A stretch of DNA of 64,000 bases from Octopus vulgaris (lineage: Eukaryota). Positions 62,963-64,000 of this stretch are shown here, piece by piece. The notes under the pieces are model-generated. The model was not told where the DNA came from and did not search any database. It was given only the letters and a program-made list of their open reading frames with translations. Position numbers and translations under genes: made by a program. Within the stretch, counting starts at the first letter, position 1. Every line of letters begins with the position of its first letter. The DNA lies in the NCBI GenBank assembly GCA_951406725.2, contig OX597832.1, positions 50,530,001 through 50,594,000 of the forward strand, in the 5' to 3' direction.

Positions 62963-63018
62963 TATCTATCTATCTATCAATCTATCTATTTGTCTATCTA
63001 TCTATCTGTCTATCTATG

Positions 63019-63071
<53 letters not shown>

Positions 63072-63492
63072 GTCTATCTATTTCTAACTAGAAAGGTATG
63101 GCCTGTCAGCCTGTCTGACATCATAAGATCTATTCTCGACAATACTATCTACCTCGTTATCAAAGAAGCTTGAGAGCGGTTGGATGGAACCTACACTCGC
63201 CTCCTTATCTCAAAATCTCTCGTGGAGGCGCCATCCAACTAAAATGCAAATATATGGGAAATTCTGTGTCATCTTGTGAAGGGTGAGAGTCCAGTTTGCT
63301 GGACATTGTTGTCTATCTATCTGGAAGCCATCTCTCGCAACACCAGAGGGCGCACACTCTCCTACCCTAATCTCAGGGATACAGGCATCCAGCAACAGGA
63401 CCTCGTAATCTATGATGGACCGTGAAGTCTGGCGCAACATGGTAAATTCCATTGTCTCGACCACGGTCTATCTATCTATCTGTCTATCTATG

Positions 63493-63563
<71 letters not shown>

Positions 63564-63575
63564 GTCTATCTATCT

Positions 63576-63615
<40 letters not shown>

Positions 63616-63761
63616 CTATCCATCTATCCATCCATCTATCTAACTATCTATCTATCTGTCTATCTTTCTATCTATCTAACTATCTATCTATCTATCTATC
63701 TATCTGTCTATCTATCTATCTATCAATCTCTTTATTTATCTATCTGTCTATCTATTTATCC

Positions 63762-63825
<64 letters not shown>

Positions 63826-63850
63826 GTCTATCTGTCTATCTATCTATCTG
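62963..63850. repeat. (TATC)n arrays flanking a LINE fragment
   Basis: Directly visible at 62963-63080 and 63467-63850. Confidence 0.95.
63120..63465 (+). mobile_element. Internally deleted copy of the 59420-60003 LINE, embedded in (TATC)n
   Basis: Colinear matches to the reverse complement of 59450-59860, with several gaps. Confidence 0.8.
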
Positions 63851-64000
63851 TCAACCTTTATATCTATATATGTGTGCTTGGCATTCTTTATGTTGATTTC
63901 TGCAAAAGAGAACATTATCTGAATTATGACTCAATGCTCAAGGAAAATCCCTGTTGATATTTTCCCTGTAAAAGTAGTATATGTCTGTGTATCATCATCA

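Overview
AT-rich, repeat-dense animal (eukaryotic) genomic DNA. The SINE/RTE families and huge TA/CA/TATC microsatellites look like an octopus (coleoid cephalopod) genome; that assignment is inference. Three protein-coding genes can be rebuilt by hand. (1) A six-exon TMEM216/TMEM80-family ciliary transition-zone gene (+, 3789-13695, 159 aa) that the ORF track misses; it has a 17-nt microexon followed by a U12-type intron. (2) An intronless SARAF/TMEM66 gene (+, 23834-24721). (3) A five-coding-exon gene (-, 46414-37439, about 1037 aa) with a 12-aa repeat tract, a probable ubiquitin-like-fold domain and a C-terminal HECT-like domain that appears to lack the catalytic Cys. The rest is tRNA-derived SINEs, RTE/CR1-type LINE fragments, a Gypsy relic, and piggyBac, hAT, mariner, Helitron-like and GG..CC/8-bp-TSD MITEs. 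The most unusual item is a TSD-bounded fold-back insertion at 28151-28600 that joins a tRNA-derived Pol III head to a minimal Penelope-type hammerhead ribozyme motif. Most short ORFs in the track are spurious translations of repeats.
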